A DNA stretch of 64,000 nt, taken from the NCBI GenBank assembly GCA_044892525.1, contig CM097886.1, positions 134,912,001 through 134,976,000 of the forward strand. Reading direction: 5' to 3'. Shown in pieces: positions 37,910-51,153 of the stretch; position 1 is the first letter of the stretch; each line of letters opens with the position of its first letter. The position numbers and the translations under genes were made by a program. Source of the DNA: Schmidtea polychroa (lineage: Eukaryota). The notes below the pieces were generated by a model, which saw only the letters and a list, made by a program, of their open reading frames with translations, ran no database searches and was not told the DNA's origin.

Positions 37910-38171
37910 GAAAGAAGAAAGAGGTTACGTATTTGTAAGTGAACAAGTCAGTCACCATCCACCAATAAGTGCTTTCTATGTTGATGCTGAGCCATATTTT
38001 CGATTTTGGGGCTCCCTGTATCCAAAACTGCAATTTTGGGGAAAGTCATTAGAAATTTATCCAAAAGGAAACTTATACATTCATTTATTGGACATTAATG
38101 AAGTTTACACCTGGGAAAATGTTCCGTCCGTGATAAATAATCTTTTAATTGGAAAAGTGAATATCTGCCAT
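37910..38171 (+). CDS. OSBP-family gene exon with the EQVSHHPP fingerprint
   Basis: TTCAG|(R)KEERGYVFVSEQVSHHPPISAFYVD...KLQFWGKSLEIYPKG...YTWENVPSVINNLLIGKVNICH|GTAAGT; phase 2/0. Confidence 0.95.
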
Positions 38172-38554
38172 GTAAGTTACAATAATAATATTATTTGCTT
38201 TATTTACATGTATTCTTGTTTATTAGCTTAAAAGTCCAACTTGATGTAAAATTCAAAATAAGGGCTTTCATTTTTTACTAAGTACAATAATTATTAGTAA
38301 TAGGAAACAGTACACAATTTAAAATATGTAAGAGTACAGGATAGAATTCAGGTCTACAGGACCCTTGTTCTACACTGGCATAAAATAATAAACAACTATT
38401 AATATATAACTAATTAATATATAAGGACCAGGTAAGATTCAAGTCTTTTATAGACCCTTACTCTTAGCTAGATTTGTAGTAATTTTGAAGTTATTCTTTG
38501 CTTCTTTGTCTTTATATTTTCTCATTTTTTGCCGTTTTTCTTTTTGGTTTTTTT

Positions 38555-39724
38555 TCATTTTCGGTCATTTTCTTTTTGAGATATAAAGGTAATTTGGGCT
38601 TCCGTTTCTTCCTCTATTCGTTTTTTTGATACTTTTTCTTGTGTTGCCATTTTGGCTTTCTCTTTTTCTTCTTTGCGTTTTTTGTCCACTTTTTCTTTTT
38701 CCTTTACTGCCTTTTCGTATTGTTTTCTGAATTCAATAGTGGCTTTTTCATTTTCTCTTTTTGTGTTGGAGCTTTCATCTTCCGAGTATTTTATGACCGT
38801 CATTTGCTTTTCACTCGTAGTCGATTTTTCTTTTGTGTTGCAGTCAAATCTTGCATATTTAGCTTCTATTTCATAGTCGCTATCTTCTGGTTCAGATCCT
38901 AAATCATCACTAGAATCTCCATAGTAGGATTCACCGATTATGATTGATTTATCTCTTGGATCTGTTGATCCTCTTTCTTCTCCTGAATCAGTTGAGTATG
39001 GAGATGGGATTTTGATTGGTGCTCTTTTTGCTTTTTCATGGATTTCAATTTTTTCCTCTTCTTTTTGTGGTATTTGTATGTCCACTTCTTGTTTGTTTTC
39101 ATTCAAATCAGGAACATTTGCTGCTTTTTTGGCTTCTGCTTTTTGAGCTGCTTCATTGTTTGGCGGACTTGCTATATGTTTGCCGAGGTTGAAGGATCTA
39201 GGTACTCCAACAATTGATCTTTTGATCATGAAATTGAAGTATTTTATTGTGGTTCTTTGATCCTGTATGTTATCGAATTCATATGTTCTGAGTACATCTT
39301 CTGTTGAATTGATGAGTTTTTCATCCTCTTCCCTGAGTATTGGGGATTTGACATTAGGTTTGAGCTTCTTTGTCCATTCATCTGGGATTGTGAAATTTGT
39401 GAGAACATTGGGCCAGTTTATATTGCTTAGGGAAATGCACGTATTTTTGATGATATTTTCTGTTAATTATCAATCTCTTCTTATCCTCGAGTGTCACATC
39501 CCTGTAGATGGCATTTATTGCGAAGAATTTTCGTGCAATGTTGAAGTCAATTTTTGTGGTATTTGACTTGGTGAATTTGTTATAATTTTCCCTGGTAAAC
39601 CATGGCAATGAATTTTCTCTTTTTCTAATTGCAATTTTCTGGTTTAGATCTTTGATAAACTTTGTTGCTGAGACATTATTCTCCGTAGGTTGATGAGATA
39701 ATGAGATAACGACCTTTGGTATTT
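38555..39724 (-). other. Unassigned intronless K/E-rich reading frame (~390 codons, one frameshift near 39465) antisense in an OSBP intron
   Basis: The 224-aa ORF is open upstream to about 39465 (LTENIIKNTCISLSNINWPNVLTNFTIPDEWTKK...). The frame of the 39378-39608 ORF is open from about 39724. Confidence 0.5.
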
Positions 39725-40267
39725 ACTTCATTCATTTGGAAGATTTCCCACTAAGACTCAACTGATTAATAAAATTTATTTTTAATAAGCAGACCGATTT
39801 TATCAATTATTTAGTGTATTCAGTGAATCAACAATTCAAATGAAGAGTGGCGCAAGTGATTCAGTGAAACTTTTATACCCAATCATCAAAGTACTAAGAA
39901 AATTAATGGAATGTAAATGATATTTATATCGAACAGTACAACACAAAATAACTTACAAAACCATCTAAAAAAATCTATAAAGAATCTGAAGAAAGAATCA
40001 TAAAGTTTATTAGCAGGCTACACTTAACTTTTCAATCTCTGATCCATATTTCATGCACAGACACAAGACAATAAGTCTGTAAGTCTGTAACTGTGGCACT
40101 GGTTAATAATTTTAATCAATGAGATTGCATGTTCTGTATTTCTTCTCCTTGTTACTTTATTCAAGAATGACATCCCTTGAAAGCTCAAACGATTTTTGCT
40201 CATCCATTGCTTATCTATCAAAAAAATGCACTTATTTTTCCTGGCATGTAAAAGATACAGATGTTCT

Positions 40268-40480
40268 CAGTGCCGGCTTTAGATATAGGTGACATAGACG
40301 GCTGCCTAGAGCGGCATTATTATAAGAGGCGGCAAAATTATGAAAAACTTTAATTTAAAAATATTTTTTATGCTATGAAAATTATTTGTTGTTCTCCGTG
40401 CTACTGATATCACTTTTATTATAGCACAAAAAATATATAGCACTGTATATATAGCACCAAATTGTCTAATGCCGGCCCTG
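40268..40480. mobile_element. hAT-type MITE
   Basis: CAGTGCCGGC...GCCGGCCCTG ends; no TSD match. Confidence 0.6.
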
Positions 40481-41341
40481 CGATCACCCCTTGAACATTC
40501 TGACCAAGCAAAGCGTTATCTCACCATACAGAACATGTAATCAGGAAATTGCAACCGAAACAAATTTAAAGCACTGCGACTCTAATTCAGAGTCTGTATT
40601 TCAAAAAATATCCAAGTCTACATCAACAAGTTTCATTCCGAATCGGCAGTATAAACAAAATCGTAGAAGTAAAAACATAAACTTTAAGAACTAAATTCAC
40701 TCTATTTCACCGAAAGGGTAATAAAAGAATAAAACTCATAACTTTATTGAATAATGTTCAAAAAATTAATTAATGTAATTCAATTACGAAATGAAGTTAA
40801 TAAATAAATAATTAATAAATAAATAATTGTTTAATTGCACTTAATTATATTTCGAAAATGGGTGAATTATAATTAATGATAATAATCGAATTGTTATTTA
40901 CCAGTTATATTTTTTCATTTTTTATAATTCAGTAAATAAATTCAAAACTGATTAGAATCTTTTCATAGAATAAATGGATATTTCAAAATAATTCTTTTCA
41001 CCACATTAAATGAAATCAAAATTAAAATAGCTAAAGGGTAGAATAAAATTTCAATGAGAAATCACATTAAAAAGTTCACTTGATAAAAAAGTATTAATTA
41101 ATGTAANNNNNNNNNNNNNNNNNNNNNNNNNNNNNNNNNNNNNNNNNNNNNNNNNNNNNNNNNNNNNNNNNNNNNNNNNNNNNNNNNNNNNNNNNNNNNN
41201 NNNNNNNNNNNNNNNNNNNNNNNNNNNNNNNNNNNNNNNNNNNNNNNNNNNNNNNNNNNNNNNNNNNNNNNNNNNNNNNNNNNNNNNNNNNNNNNNNNNN
41301 NNNNNNNNNNNNNNNNNNNNNNNNNNNNNNNNNNNNNNNNN

Positions 41342-41581
41342 ACCATAAAATGTTTAACTACAAATGCGAAAGCAGTTTTAAAATGGAAGTCTGATGGTTG
41401 GTTCAAAATCGGTGAAGATTGTAGCAGAAATAGATTGGAAGGTCATCTTTACAATAAGCATTCAGAAAAAGTTAAGGTCGTTTATGGACGATGGAATGAG
41501 GTTCTTTTTTCAGTATCAGCAGATGACTGGAAATTAAGAAATGAAAAAAAGTTATGGAGAACTCCATTGACTGATTCTTCG
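41342..41581 (+). CDS. OSBP-family gene exon (5' end lies in an N-gap)
   Basis: TIKCLTTNAKAVLKWKSDGWF...LEGHLYNKHSEKVKVVYGRWNEVLFSV...TDSS|GTTAGT. Confidence 0.85.
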
Positions 41582-42495
41582 GTTAGTGGTTAAATTCTAT
41601 TGTATTTATTATTTAAATTAAAACATAATGTTTCTGAATATTATTACTTCTATTGTCGTTTTATTTGTTTCTGAAATTGTTAAAAAAATTGTTATTTTAT
41701 AAGAGGATAAATATTTCCAGTTGCATGAAGACGAAAAAGATACTCATATATACCAAAATATACCAAGGTGAATTTATCTATGTTTGTACCCATAGTACCA
41801 ATGGGATATATCGCTTTTCCTCAACTTATTTTGCAAAAGATAAGCATCACTGGTTGTCGGATAATTCCTAATAAAATAAATTGTAAGGCTTTCTGGTAAT
41901 TATCCCTGATATACATTATCATTGGGCTGTTTTTATCATCAACTCCTATTACAACTACTCCTTGTTGATTAATTATGCAAAAGTAAAACCCAGGGACACA
42001 AGGAGAAACCCATAATGTATCCGAGTTTCATGTTTTTGATTAATGTTACTTTCTACAAAATATAATCATTTATGTATTTCACTCTTATTGTCTTTGTTCT
42101 GAACTGTTCTAGGACTGACTTTAAGCACAAAAGAAAAATTAATTTTCCCATTTTAGTACATTCTAATAATTAGTGGTTATTGTGCTTAATTCGACTGACT
42201 CCATGTTACCAAATAAAAATACAATCGCCAAAAATTTATATATTGAAAGTTTGTCTAAATATACATGTATATACATCTATATAAATTTCAAACTCATAAT
42301 TTTAAAATTTTTAATATTTAATCCAGAAAATTTTAAATAGCTTTTTATAAAATTTTATTTTAAATTTGCCATTCAGCTTATAAACTTTTAAAAATGTTTA
42401 TCATTTATTTATTTCTAACGTTTTTCTCGGTTTGGCCCAGGGTAGAATAAAACTTATTCCTTATAATTAATTTTATTCATCCTGTTTTTATAAAT

Positions 42496-42690
42496 TCATT
42501 TCACTACTTGGGTATATACAATATTTTTAGTACCATGTTGGTCATCGACGATGATGAACAATGTTAATCGATCCTTCACCCTCGACATTCCCATATGAGC
42601 AAATGCCATGTCACTACTATTCACGGTTTGGGAGGATTTCTTGTAACAGCCATATACATGTCTTTTCTGTTTTATAACTGTTCTCAACCA
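42496..42690 (-). pseudogene. Helitron-like PIF1 helicase C-terminal remnant
   Basis: ...KKSSQTV...AFAHMGMSRVKDRLTLFIIVDDQHGTKNIVYTQVVK* resembles the Helitron ending LYVAxSRV...TKNIVYxEVL. Confidence 0.5.
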
Positions 42691-43065
42691 ATAGTGTGAA
42701 CCTTCCTCTTGCTGACATAACTTATCATCTCACACATTCAGTTTTCTATCAATTTCTATACCTTTTGTATTATAAATGTTGCATCCGCATCGAGATTTCT
42801 CTCACATAAAAATAAAACACCTAAAATATCACTGAAGGAGATTAAAAGTAAACGAACAGTTTACAAATGGTCAGTGGATTTTTGACACCTTTACTTACAT
42901 TTGTCAATCATTTTTTGAAATAAATTTTGTTTAAATAAGTGAAAATTGAAAAGAATATTTACAAAATAATAATAAAAAAATTGTTATTAATACAAATCAG
43001 ATTGTTATGAACAATAGAAAAACTATTAATTTTAGTGATTAATCAACATTTCAATTCCCATTCAG

Positions 43066-43450
43066 GTGACTGGTGTTGTATCAAAACTAGGAAATCTAAG
43101 ATTTTTCCCCAGTTCATCATTTCACATAATGCAACCGTCGTCTCTAGAGGTTCCCGATTCCAGTCCCGTTAATCACAATTGCACATCGTCAATTGACTGC
43201 AAGAAAATAAATCCAGGAAGTAGCAGTTGTGCCTCTTCACCGACAAGTTCTGATGAAATTGATCTTCATTTACCTCATCAAAATTGTCTATGGAAGGTTT
43301 CACCTCGCCCCCCTCATAGCAGATTATATTATGACTTCACTTATTTTACAATGATTCTAAATGAAGTTCCTAGAAATTATTATAACGACTTGCCACCGAG
43401 TGATAGCAGGAAACGGCCTGATATTCGATTATTAGAAAATGGGAAAATGG
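43066..43450 (+). CDS. OSBP-family gene exon
   Basis: TTCAG|VTGVV...LWKVSPRPPHSRLYYDFTYFTMILNE...LPPSDSRKRPDIRLLENGKM(G)|GTATT; phase 0/1. Confidence 0.92.
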
Positions 43451-43602
43451 GTATTTTCTTATTTTTCATTCTATCATTTCTCCATATTTTTATTTTAATT
43501 GTTTTAACTTGAAATTGTGAAACAAAAATAAAAGTGAAATTGACTGTGGGAAATATATATTTTATTACTCACAGATAAATCTGTTGAGATTAAATTTTAA
43601 TT

Positions 43603-44008
43603 GGGCAAATTACTAAAATCGAATATTTTTGTCGTTTATTCCAAAAATAGAACAGTTTTTTAATAAATTACAAAAATAGACATTTTTAAAATAAATTACA
43701 AAATTAGAACATTTTTTTGAATAAAATAAAAATAACTTGGCCACCATATGGAAATAAATAGAACGTATCATGAAACTAAGATATCTGACGAATTCCCAGT
43801 CGGATCAGAATTTACTTCAATAAAAGAGTTTTACGATGCATTGGCATCATCAGCATTCAAGAGCAAAATTGGATTTCGAGTTGGGCAAAGAAATGCAAAA
43901 TATCTAAGCTTAAAATGGGTTAGGGTTTGGGTTCTATTTTTATTTTTTCAAAAAATGTTCTATTTTTGTAATAAATGACAAAAAAAATTCGATTTTTGGA
44001 AATGCCCC
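43603..44008 (+). mobile_element. Internally deleted MULE (Mutator-like) element
   Basis: Long imperfect TIRs GGGCAAATTACTAAAATCGAA / TTCGATTTTTGGAAATGCCCC; 9-bp TSD ATTTTAATT/ATTTTAAAT (8/9); MuDR N-terminal-like EFPVGSEFTSIKEFYDAL. Confidence 0.75.
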
Positions 44009-44277
44009 ATTTTAAATTTCTAATATTTTGTCCAGTTATAGACTGCATATGTTTTCAATTCAAAAAATAATAATTAATTGTAGAGGTTTACTTTTATTCT
44101 TATGTAAATTCAATAAATTAAAAATAGAGCATGAATAAAGAATATGTGGTAAAAGAAGTTATTCGGTTTATGGGGCTTGTTAGAATCAAGAATACCAGAG
44201 CCTTTCTCTGAATAGAATAATTTTGACCAAAGATGAGTAAAGTAGTGAATAACATAATAATGTCAAGTGGGAAATTT

Positions 44278-46010
44278 TGTTGGGTCGTTGGGTTGATGGT
44301 AATATTTAAAAGTTGCCAATCAAATCTCTGACTCCAAAGCGTGCTTTATTTGATCCACAAAAAAACAATTCTCAGATAAGAAAAACCTTTATTTATTATT
44401 ACAATTGATTACACGAATTATAACAACACGATCGATTCTATACTTAAATTAGTGATTATACAGAGCTTATTGAAACACTACGTTTAGTTCCAATATTTCT
44501 CTTCTTTCCAATTTCTATTTTCTCACTTTTAATTTCTCTACTTTCCAATTTCTCTAATTTTCTCTAATTACGAATTATTTCTCGACTATCATTTAATTTT
44601 TCCCTCAACTACTAATTTCTGAATCCATATTAAGAAGACTTTTGGTTTTATAGTCCGCACTTGTCCGATACTTGTGATAATTCATTTTTTCATTTTTGTC
44701 TCTTCATAATTTGTACAGCTCCTGCGTTATCACTAATAGTTCGGCACTCGGGATAATTTGTCATTTTTTCCATTTTTGCTTCTGGCATTTCCCAAACTTT
44801 TTACTATTTCCCGCGTTATCTCTAAAAGTTCGGTAATGTCGATTTTGCTTTCATGTTTTGTTTTTGTTTACCAATTTTGGAATTTATTTTTGCTTTCTTG
44901 CACTTATTAATTATAAGTGACCTTCCTCCGCTTTATTGTTTGTTGGGTTATTGAGTTGGTGATAATTTTAAGTGTAACTCTGACTCCAAAGCGTGTTTAT
45001 TAATTCACAATTCAACACTCTCGAACACAATAAGCTCTATTAATATCCACACGGAATTGTACAAATTTCAATTGCAACCAATTGACTATAAATCAATTTA
45101 CCACACAGAGCTTATTTCGACACTACGTGAAGAATAGCCCTTTCTGTAATCACAACAATAATCACTAGCCGTCAACTACTCAATTACAGGATACGTTGAT
45201 CGATTGTTCTCTATTTGCTTTGACCACATAATTTATTTACTTCACGTTTACTTTCTATTCAATTTTATAAAAGATTCTCGTCACTTCTCGTTTCACTCTG
45301 TTTTGATTCTCCTTTTTAACTCTTTTCGTCTATAATTTTACTCTACTTTTTGTCTCTAATTTCGTTCTGTTTTGTTCTAATTTTTGTTCTGATTTCGTGT
45401 CCACCAGTTTTCCTTTATATAATTATTTTGTTTATGGCACTGGTGACAAATTTTGTTTTCCCATTTCCATTTTCTTCTGCGTTCCCCGCTATGTCAGCCT
45501 TATCTCTGACAGATGTCGAGATATTTTTCCTTTTCCCTTTTTTGTTTGACCGCCTTCTTCCAGCAATTGCGTTATCACTGGCAGGCTGTCGAGATAATAA
45601 TATTGTTGTTTTCCTTTTTTCCTGATTTCAAAATTCCTTTACCTTTTTGTACTAATTAATTAGTACTGACCTTGTCTTTTATTTTCATGTTTGATTCCTT
45701 TTATTTCCTTTATCTTTCTCATTTTTAATTTCTTTTTACTTCCGTTTTCTTTTCTTAGTTCCCATAGATCGTCCTGTTTGTCATGGCGATCTTCCCCCAG
45801 GTAATTTTATTTATTTATTTATAAATTGTTATTTATGTATCCTCAACATGTTGCATTTATTTTGTTTTGTTATTCCTTCCTCATTTCTCAATTTTTGCTT
45901 TTCTATTTCCTTCTCCAAGTTTCAGAGTGTTATCTCAATCACCCTATCGGATTTCCCCTAAGTTATTCTAACTATTTATAATATTATTTATTACTTAGGT
46001 ATCCTCAACA
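44278..46010. mobile_element. Solo LTR A, interrupted by solo LTR B
   Basis: TGTTGGG...CCTCAACA with a 4-bp TSD ATTT on both sides. Confidence 0.8.
44941..45848. mobile_element. Solo LTR B (908 bp) nested in LTR A
   Basis: TGTTGGG...CCTCAACA with a 4-bp TSD TGTT; related to A and to 52410-53714. Confidence 0.85.
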
Positions 46011-46059
46011 ATTTTATCATCATAAATAGACAACTGGAGGTGGATGAAGATATCTTTAC

Positions 46060-46265
46060 GGAATATAATAGATACGGAATCATTTCCAATAATTGGAATA
46101 GATTTAGTAGAACCAAGAAAAGAGGATTCATATATATTTTAGGTGTTCACGACAAATTTTCAAGGTATATGAACATAATATAGGTAAGATCAACATATAC
46201 AGCAACGAAAGTAAAAGAGATATTTGTTCAATGGATTTTAAAATTTGGGGCACGAGGAAGAATTC
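46060..46265 (+). pseudogene. Retroviral-type (rve) integrase fragment
   Basis: FPIIGIDLVEP...YILGVHDKFSRY...ATKVKEIFVQWILKFGARGRIL. Confidence 0.65.
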
Positions 46266-47732
46266 TTTTACTTTTTTCGTATTATTTCAGTTTCAGATTT
46301 CTTTATCAGAATAATATAAAATATTGGGAATCAAAAAACAATTACATTTCTATACTATAATTGAAGGTTTTGTCAACAATATAAATGAAAATGCAGTAAT
46401 AGAGGAAAGGAAATTGAAAGAAAGGAGTAATTTATTGTTTGTGGTTAAATTTGGAATAAGATGCTGAAAACAGAGAAACCAAAACCGGAGACGTACTCAA
46501 TTGATAAGGATGGGGCTGCAACATAATGAATTCAATATCCTTGTAAAATTAATTTCAAATCTTAACTTTGATTTAAAATTTATTTTAAAATAAATTAAAA
46601 TCAAAATTTTATTTTTATTTTGTTTAAATACATTTAATTTTACTAGAATATATTAAATTTTAAGCCTTAACCAAAGTCTATTTTATATTGTACTGGAATC
46701 TAACAATTATCCAGTTAGTTTAAACAAAATATTTATCATTGAATAAGATATTAAACAATATACTGAATGAAATTAAATTTGTCACATCATCTGCGTAGGA
46801 AGTCGTTATTTTGTTAGTATCCTTTTTTTACTCCTGCTATTAGACATTTCCCATTAATTATCAAAGGAATAGTAAAAGTTCCCTTTTGGTGGTGATTATT
46901 TCCAATCCATTCCTAGTCATGAAAATATTAACAATTTTCTTTGTTTTCAAATTAATTTCGTGCTGTGAAATTATTTTCATCGTGAAATAGTTAAACACTA
47001 AAAAATATAATTAATTATAAATAACATTGCAATTATTAAGTCAATGGGAACGAATTCAGAATTAATAAATGACTGTAGAATAAGGACCCAATATAACAGA
47101 CTTAGAACAAACCGGCCAAAAGTTCCTGTAAATTTTATTAGTAAGATTAGACAAAATTTCCCGATTCTGTGTAATATTGTTCAATTCATATTTTATTCTT
47201 ACCATTTATTCTTTTCTGGTTATTACATTATATATTGCTTTTNNNNNNNNNNNNNNNNNNNNNNNNNNNNNNNNNNNNNNNNNNNNNNNNNNNNNNNNNN
47301 NNNNNNNNNNNNNNNNNNNNNNNNNNNNNNNNNNNNNNNNNNNNNNNNNNNNNNNNNNNNNNNNNNNNNNNNNNNNNNNNNNNNNNNNNNNNNNNNNNNN
47401 NNNNNNNNNNNNNNNNNNNNNNNNNNNNNNNNNNNNNNNNNNNNNNNNNNNNNNNNNNNNNNNNNNNNNNNNNNNNNNNNNNNNNNNNNNNNNNNNNNNN
47501 NNNNNNACAATACAACCATTTTATGGCGAGTACTTATACTATACTTAATAGTTATATTATATTTATACAACTGACCGAAACTATTTCATTTTCAATAAAA
47601 ACCACCTCCTACGTTTTTTATCTCCAAACAATTCTTTGTATCTCAATATTAGCTAATGATGAATCTTCGTAATATTTGTCCTTCAAATAATTGACACAAT
47701 AATAATAAATATATAATTTCATCTCTAATTAG

Positions 47733-47932
47733 ATGATGCTTCAAAAGAAAAAAGTCGATTGGAAAATAAACAAAGACAAACTAGAAAGAAATTCAAGACG
47801 AAAAAATGTTCCCAGGAATGTCAAGCTTTGTGGTTTGATCTCAAAGAATCTGAATACAGCAATTCTCCCGAATGGGTTTTTAACGGTAAATATTTTCAGA
47901 GAAATTGGGAAATTTGTCCCGATATATTTTGA
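47733..47932 (+). CDS. OSBP-family gene terminal coding exon
   Basis: TAATTAG|(D)DASKEKSRLENKQRQTRK...WVFNGKYFQRNWEICPDIF*; phase 1 matches the previous exon. Confidence 0.92.
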
Positions 47933-48706
47933 TGAGAAGCGATATCCGTTTACATTTAGATGATGTAGTTTGTAGATAGTATCCAAATGTTAGGGAATAA
48001 ATAAATAATTGTAATGATTGTTGATGAAGATTTTATCAGTGATCATTTATTGCTATTGTTTGGTTCTGAATGTCGTGTTGCTTTGCCCTAGAACTTTGAT
48101 TTGAATTATTTTTGAAATAAATTTATTTCACTGTTAATTTTATTATTGTCCAAGGGTATTTGCAGTTATTAAGAGTTTTTGAGGGAGGTTAAAACTTGGG
48201 GAAATTTATTTTTGAAATAAAATAAATGAATAAATAAAATTAATTAATTGAAATATAAAGTTATATTTGTATTTAATTTAATAAACTGCACCGAAATTCA
48301 TTGATTTTAGTAAAAATACAACCCTAAAATAGTTTTTATTTGTTATGTAACCATATGTAAAGGTTAAAACTCATAGTTTGTTTAAATGTAATAACGCTTG
48401 TTTACTGTCATGTGGACATTTTTGAAATACATAATACAATTAAATTTTCCAATGTGATTCACATTCCACTCATATAAAAATATACATGAAATCATTTAAA
48501 CCAAGGCTTTTGGATATTTGATTTTTTATTCGACTAAATAAAGTCTTAAGCAGCTAGAAAGGAGGAGACCTCAGGAAATCTTTATAGAAAAAATTCCAAA
48601 TTAAGTTTGAGGAAAAGAATAGGAACACTAAGAAGGCATCCTTACAAGATACATTCATAATAAATCATTTTGTTTTGTATATTTTCTTCCCATATTTAGC
48701 CTAATT

Positions 48707-48887
48707 CAGGGGTCTCAAACTCAACTCACAATGAGGGCCAATTTAGGACAAAAACACCAATTCGAGGGCCGCATTAAAATTTTTTTATAGTACTATATTA
48801 TACATTTTATAGATTCATTAAGAATTTAAAATTTACATTTTTGTTAAATGTTGGGTGTTGTTGAGGGCCGCGTCTTTGAGACCCCTG
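48707..48887. mobile_element. 181-bp hAT (Charlie-like) MITE
   Basis: CAGGGGTCTCAAA...TTTGAGACCCCTG with an exact 8-bp TSD GCCTAATT. Confidence 0.92.
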
Positions 48888-50869
48888 GCCTAATTGATAT
48901 TATGCGAATGATGTAGAGGAAACGGCTAAAATGCATTTTCATTACCCAAATAAAATCGGCCGTTTCTAACTCAAATATAAGAAGGAATTTTAACTTGACA
49001 ACACCATTCTTTTATTTATTCACCTGCTCTTGCCTAGGACGCATATTATTATAAAAAAGTCAAAAACAAATCGTATCACAATGAAAGACTAACAAGTTAA
49101 ACATCAAAGTGGTTCATATTTAGGGGGGCTACAAAAAATCTATCATTCTATAATCATTTGTCTATAATTGTCTGAAAGAGATTGCAAGAATCACTGCTAA
49201 AGTGGCATCTTCCGATTTATGATATTTTTATAGTCATAGTTTGAACATAAATGAGGGTTTCAAAGTTATTTTCAATGAATTCTCATATCTTGTTTATTAG
49301 TAAAATTAACACGAATTCACAGGGTCTAGGAATGCATTTTAATATTTTAATTCGCATTATAATAATTTCTTTTCATTTTCAATTGACATTATACTTACTA
49401 AAAAATTGATTATGAATCAGTAAAGATATCGATGTGTTTTTGATATTAATGAATTTTCGGCACAGCCCTTTTCAAGTTACAATCCATTACACCATTTTCT
49501 ACAGTTTTAGCAAAATCATCATATTTTTCATGATTTTAAAACTTCAACATGAGTTTCTCGAACTACATCTTATCTTCGGTTCTTTGCTTTACAAGAGACT
49601 TCATTTATATAAATAAAAAAAACAAAAATATATAAACGAAAACAAAATTTATTTTCTCTTAGAAACTTTCTTTTAATTTCATTAAGATTAGTAACAATTT
49701 ATTTTTTAAAAACTCATCATTGTAAACTATTTTTTATTTAATCAGTTGAAATAGTTAAACAAAAAAACCAAACAACTAAATAAAACACAATTTATAACAT
49801 CTGGTGCAAAATTTAATTAAAAGAATTTTTTTTCATTACACAATTTTCATCATATCAACGTTTCTGCCGAAGAAGTCATTATTTGCACATGTTCAATTTT
49901 TTGTGCACCAAACCAAGGAAGAAATCGCGAGAACGCAAAATCTTTTGTTTGGAACACTCGACAAGGGAAGATTATTAAAAATTCGAAAAATATAAGGAAA
50001 ATATAATAAACTTTGTGATATTTTTCAATTTTTTTTACATGTTTTATTCCATAATGCTCCAAAGATTCCATAATTAATTTTTAAATTATTCAAAATGAAA
50101 TTAAAAATATTATTTTGAAGAATTTTGCTTTTTAAATAAATTATATTTTGTGAATTTTACAATTTTTTTCTGTTTCAAAAATCCAAATACGTTATTTATT
50201 TCCCATTTTCATTTGGATCTTTTTGGAAGTTAGTTCCAGAATATATCCATTACACAATAAAGCGCATTGACTCAAGCATTATGACTGTTGTTTATTATAT
50301 CCTTCTTTATTTAATATTTTGGTAGAGAAATCTTAGGGGGATTTCTCTGTGGATACTAATTTCAGTTTCTATTTTCCCTTTGATAATTATTTAAAACCGA
50401 TTTTAAATTTCTCTTCATAGGACGTATCGATAATTTAATATTTTCAAGATCTACTGGCTTTGAAAGCATCACAAACATGGTATTTAAAAAACAACCTCTT
50501 ACTTAACGGACCATCCTAAAGGTCTATCAGACATTGGGTACCATACTTGGACTCAAATCTGATGTATATTTCGCCCAATTGAATAAAATTCACATTTATT
50601 TATGTTTTAATATTAAAAATATAGTTTTAAAATTTAATTCTCATTATTGAAAGATTAATTGTCAATTAAAACTGTGACTACTTCTCATCAAGTGTCAAAA
50701 GTTTGATTTATTCAGATTTTATTCATTTTATTTATTATAATTTAATATTTTAGAATTGTGCAGGTTTTTTGTTTTACTCAATGATTTTATTTTACTTTTA
50801 CTTTTAAATTTAGAAATTTAAATTTAAATGAATTTTTCAGTGGTTTAGTGGGAGTGGCCCAACATTAAA

Positions 50870-51000
50870 TTAATTTGTTTTTGTTTCTTTCCTGCACCAA
50901 CACGCCGGACTTTTAAATTTCCAGCATCTCTTTGTTGAATGAGATTGTCATATTCTTCTCTCCATCGTCAAACCATCCTCAAATTAAAATTCTTCTCATT
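50870..51000 (-). pseudogene. pogo N-terminal (Brinker-like DNA-binding domain) fragment
   Basis: NFNLRMV*RWREEYDNLIQQRDAGNLKVRRVGAGKK. Confidence 0.5.
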
Positions 51001-51153
51001 ACAAAATGTTGTTAAACACTTTCCCCTTGATTCTTCTACAATATTTATTTTATATTCAACTGAATAGCTTTTTCTAGTTCCTGCCATTTTTATGGATTAA
51101 TTTAAAAAAAAATTTATTCAATTTTATCAAATAGTTATTAATATTAATATAAC

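Noticed and set aside
47733-47963. ORF-track protein MMLQKKKVDW…
   Set aside because: Wrong frame; the real product is the terminal OSBP exon.
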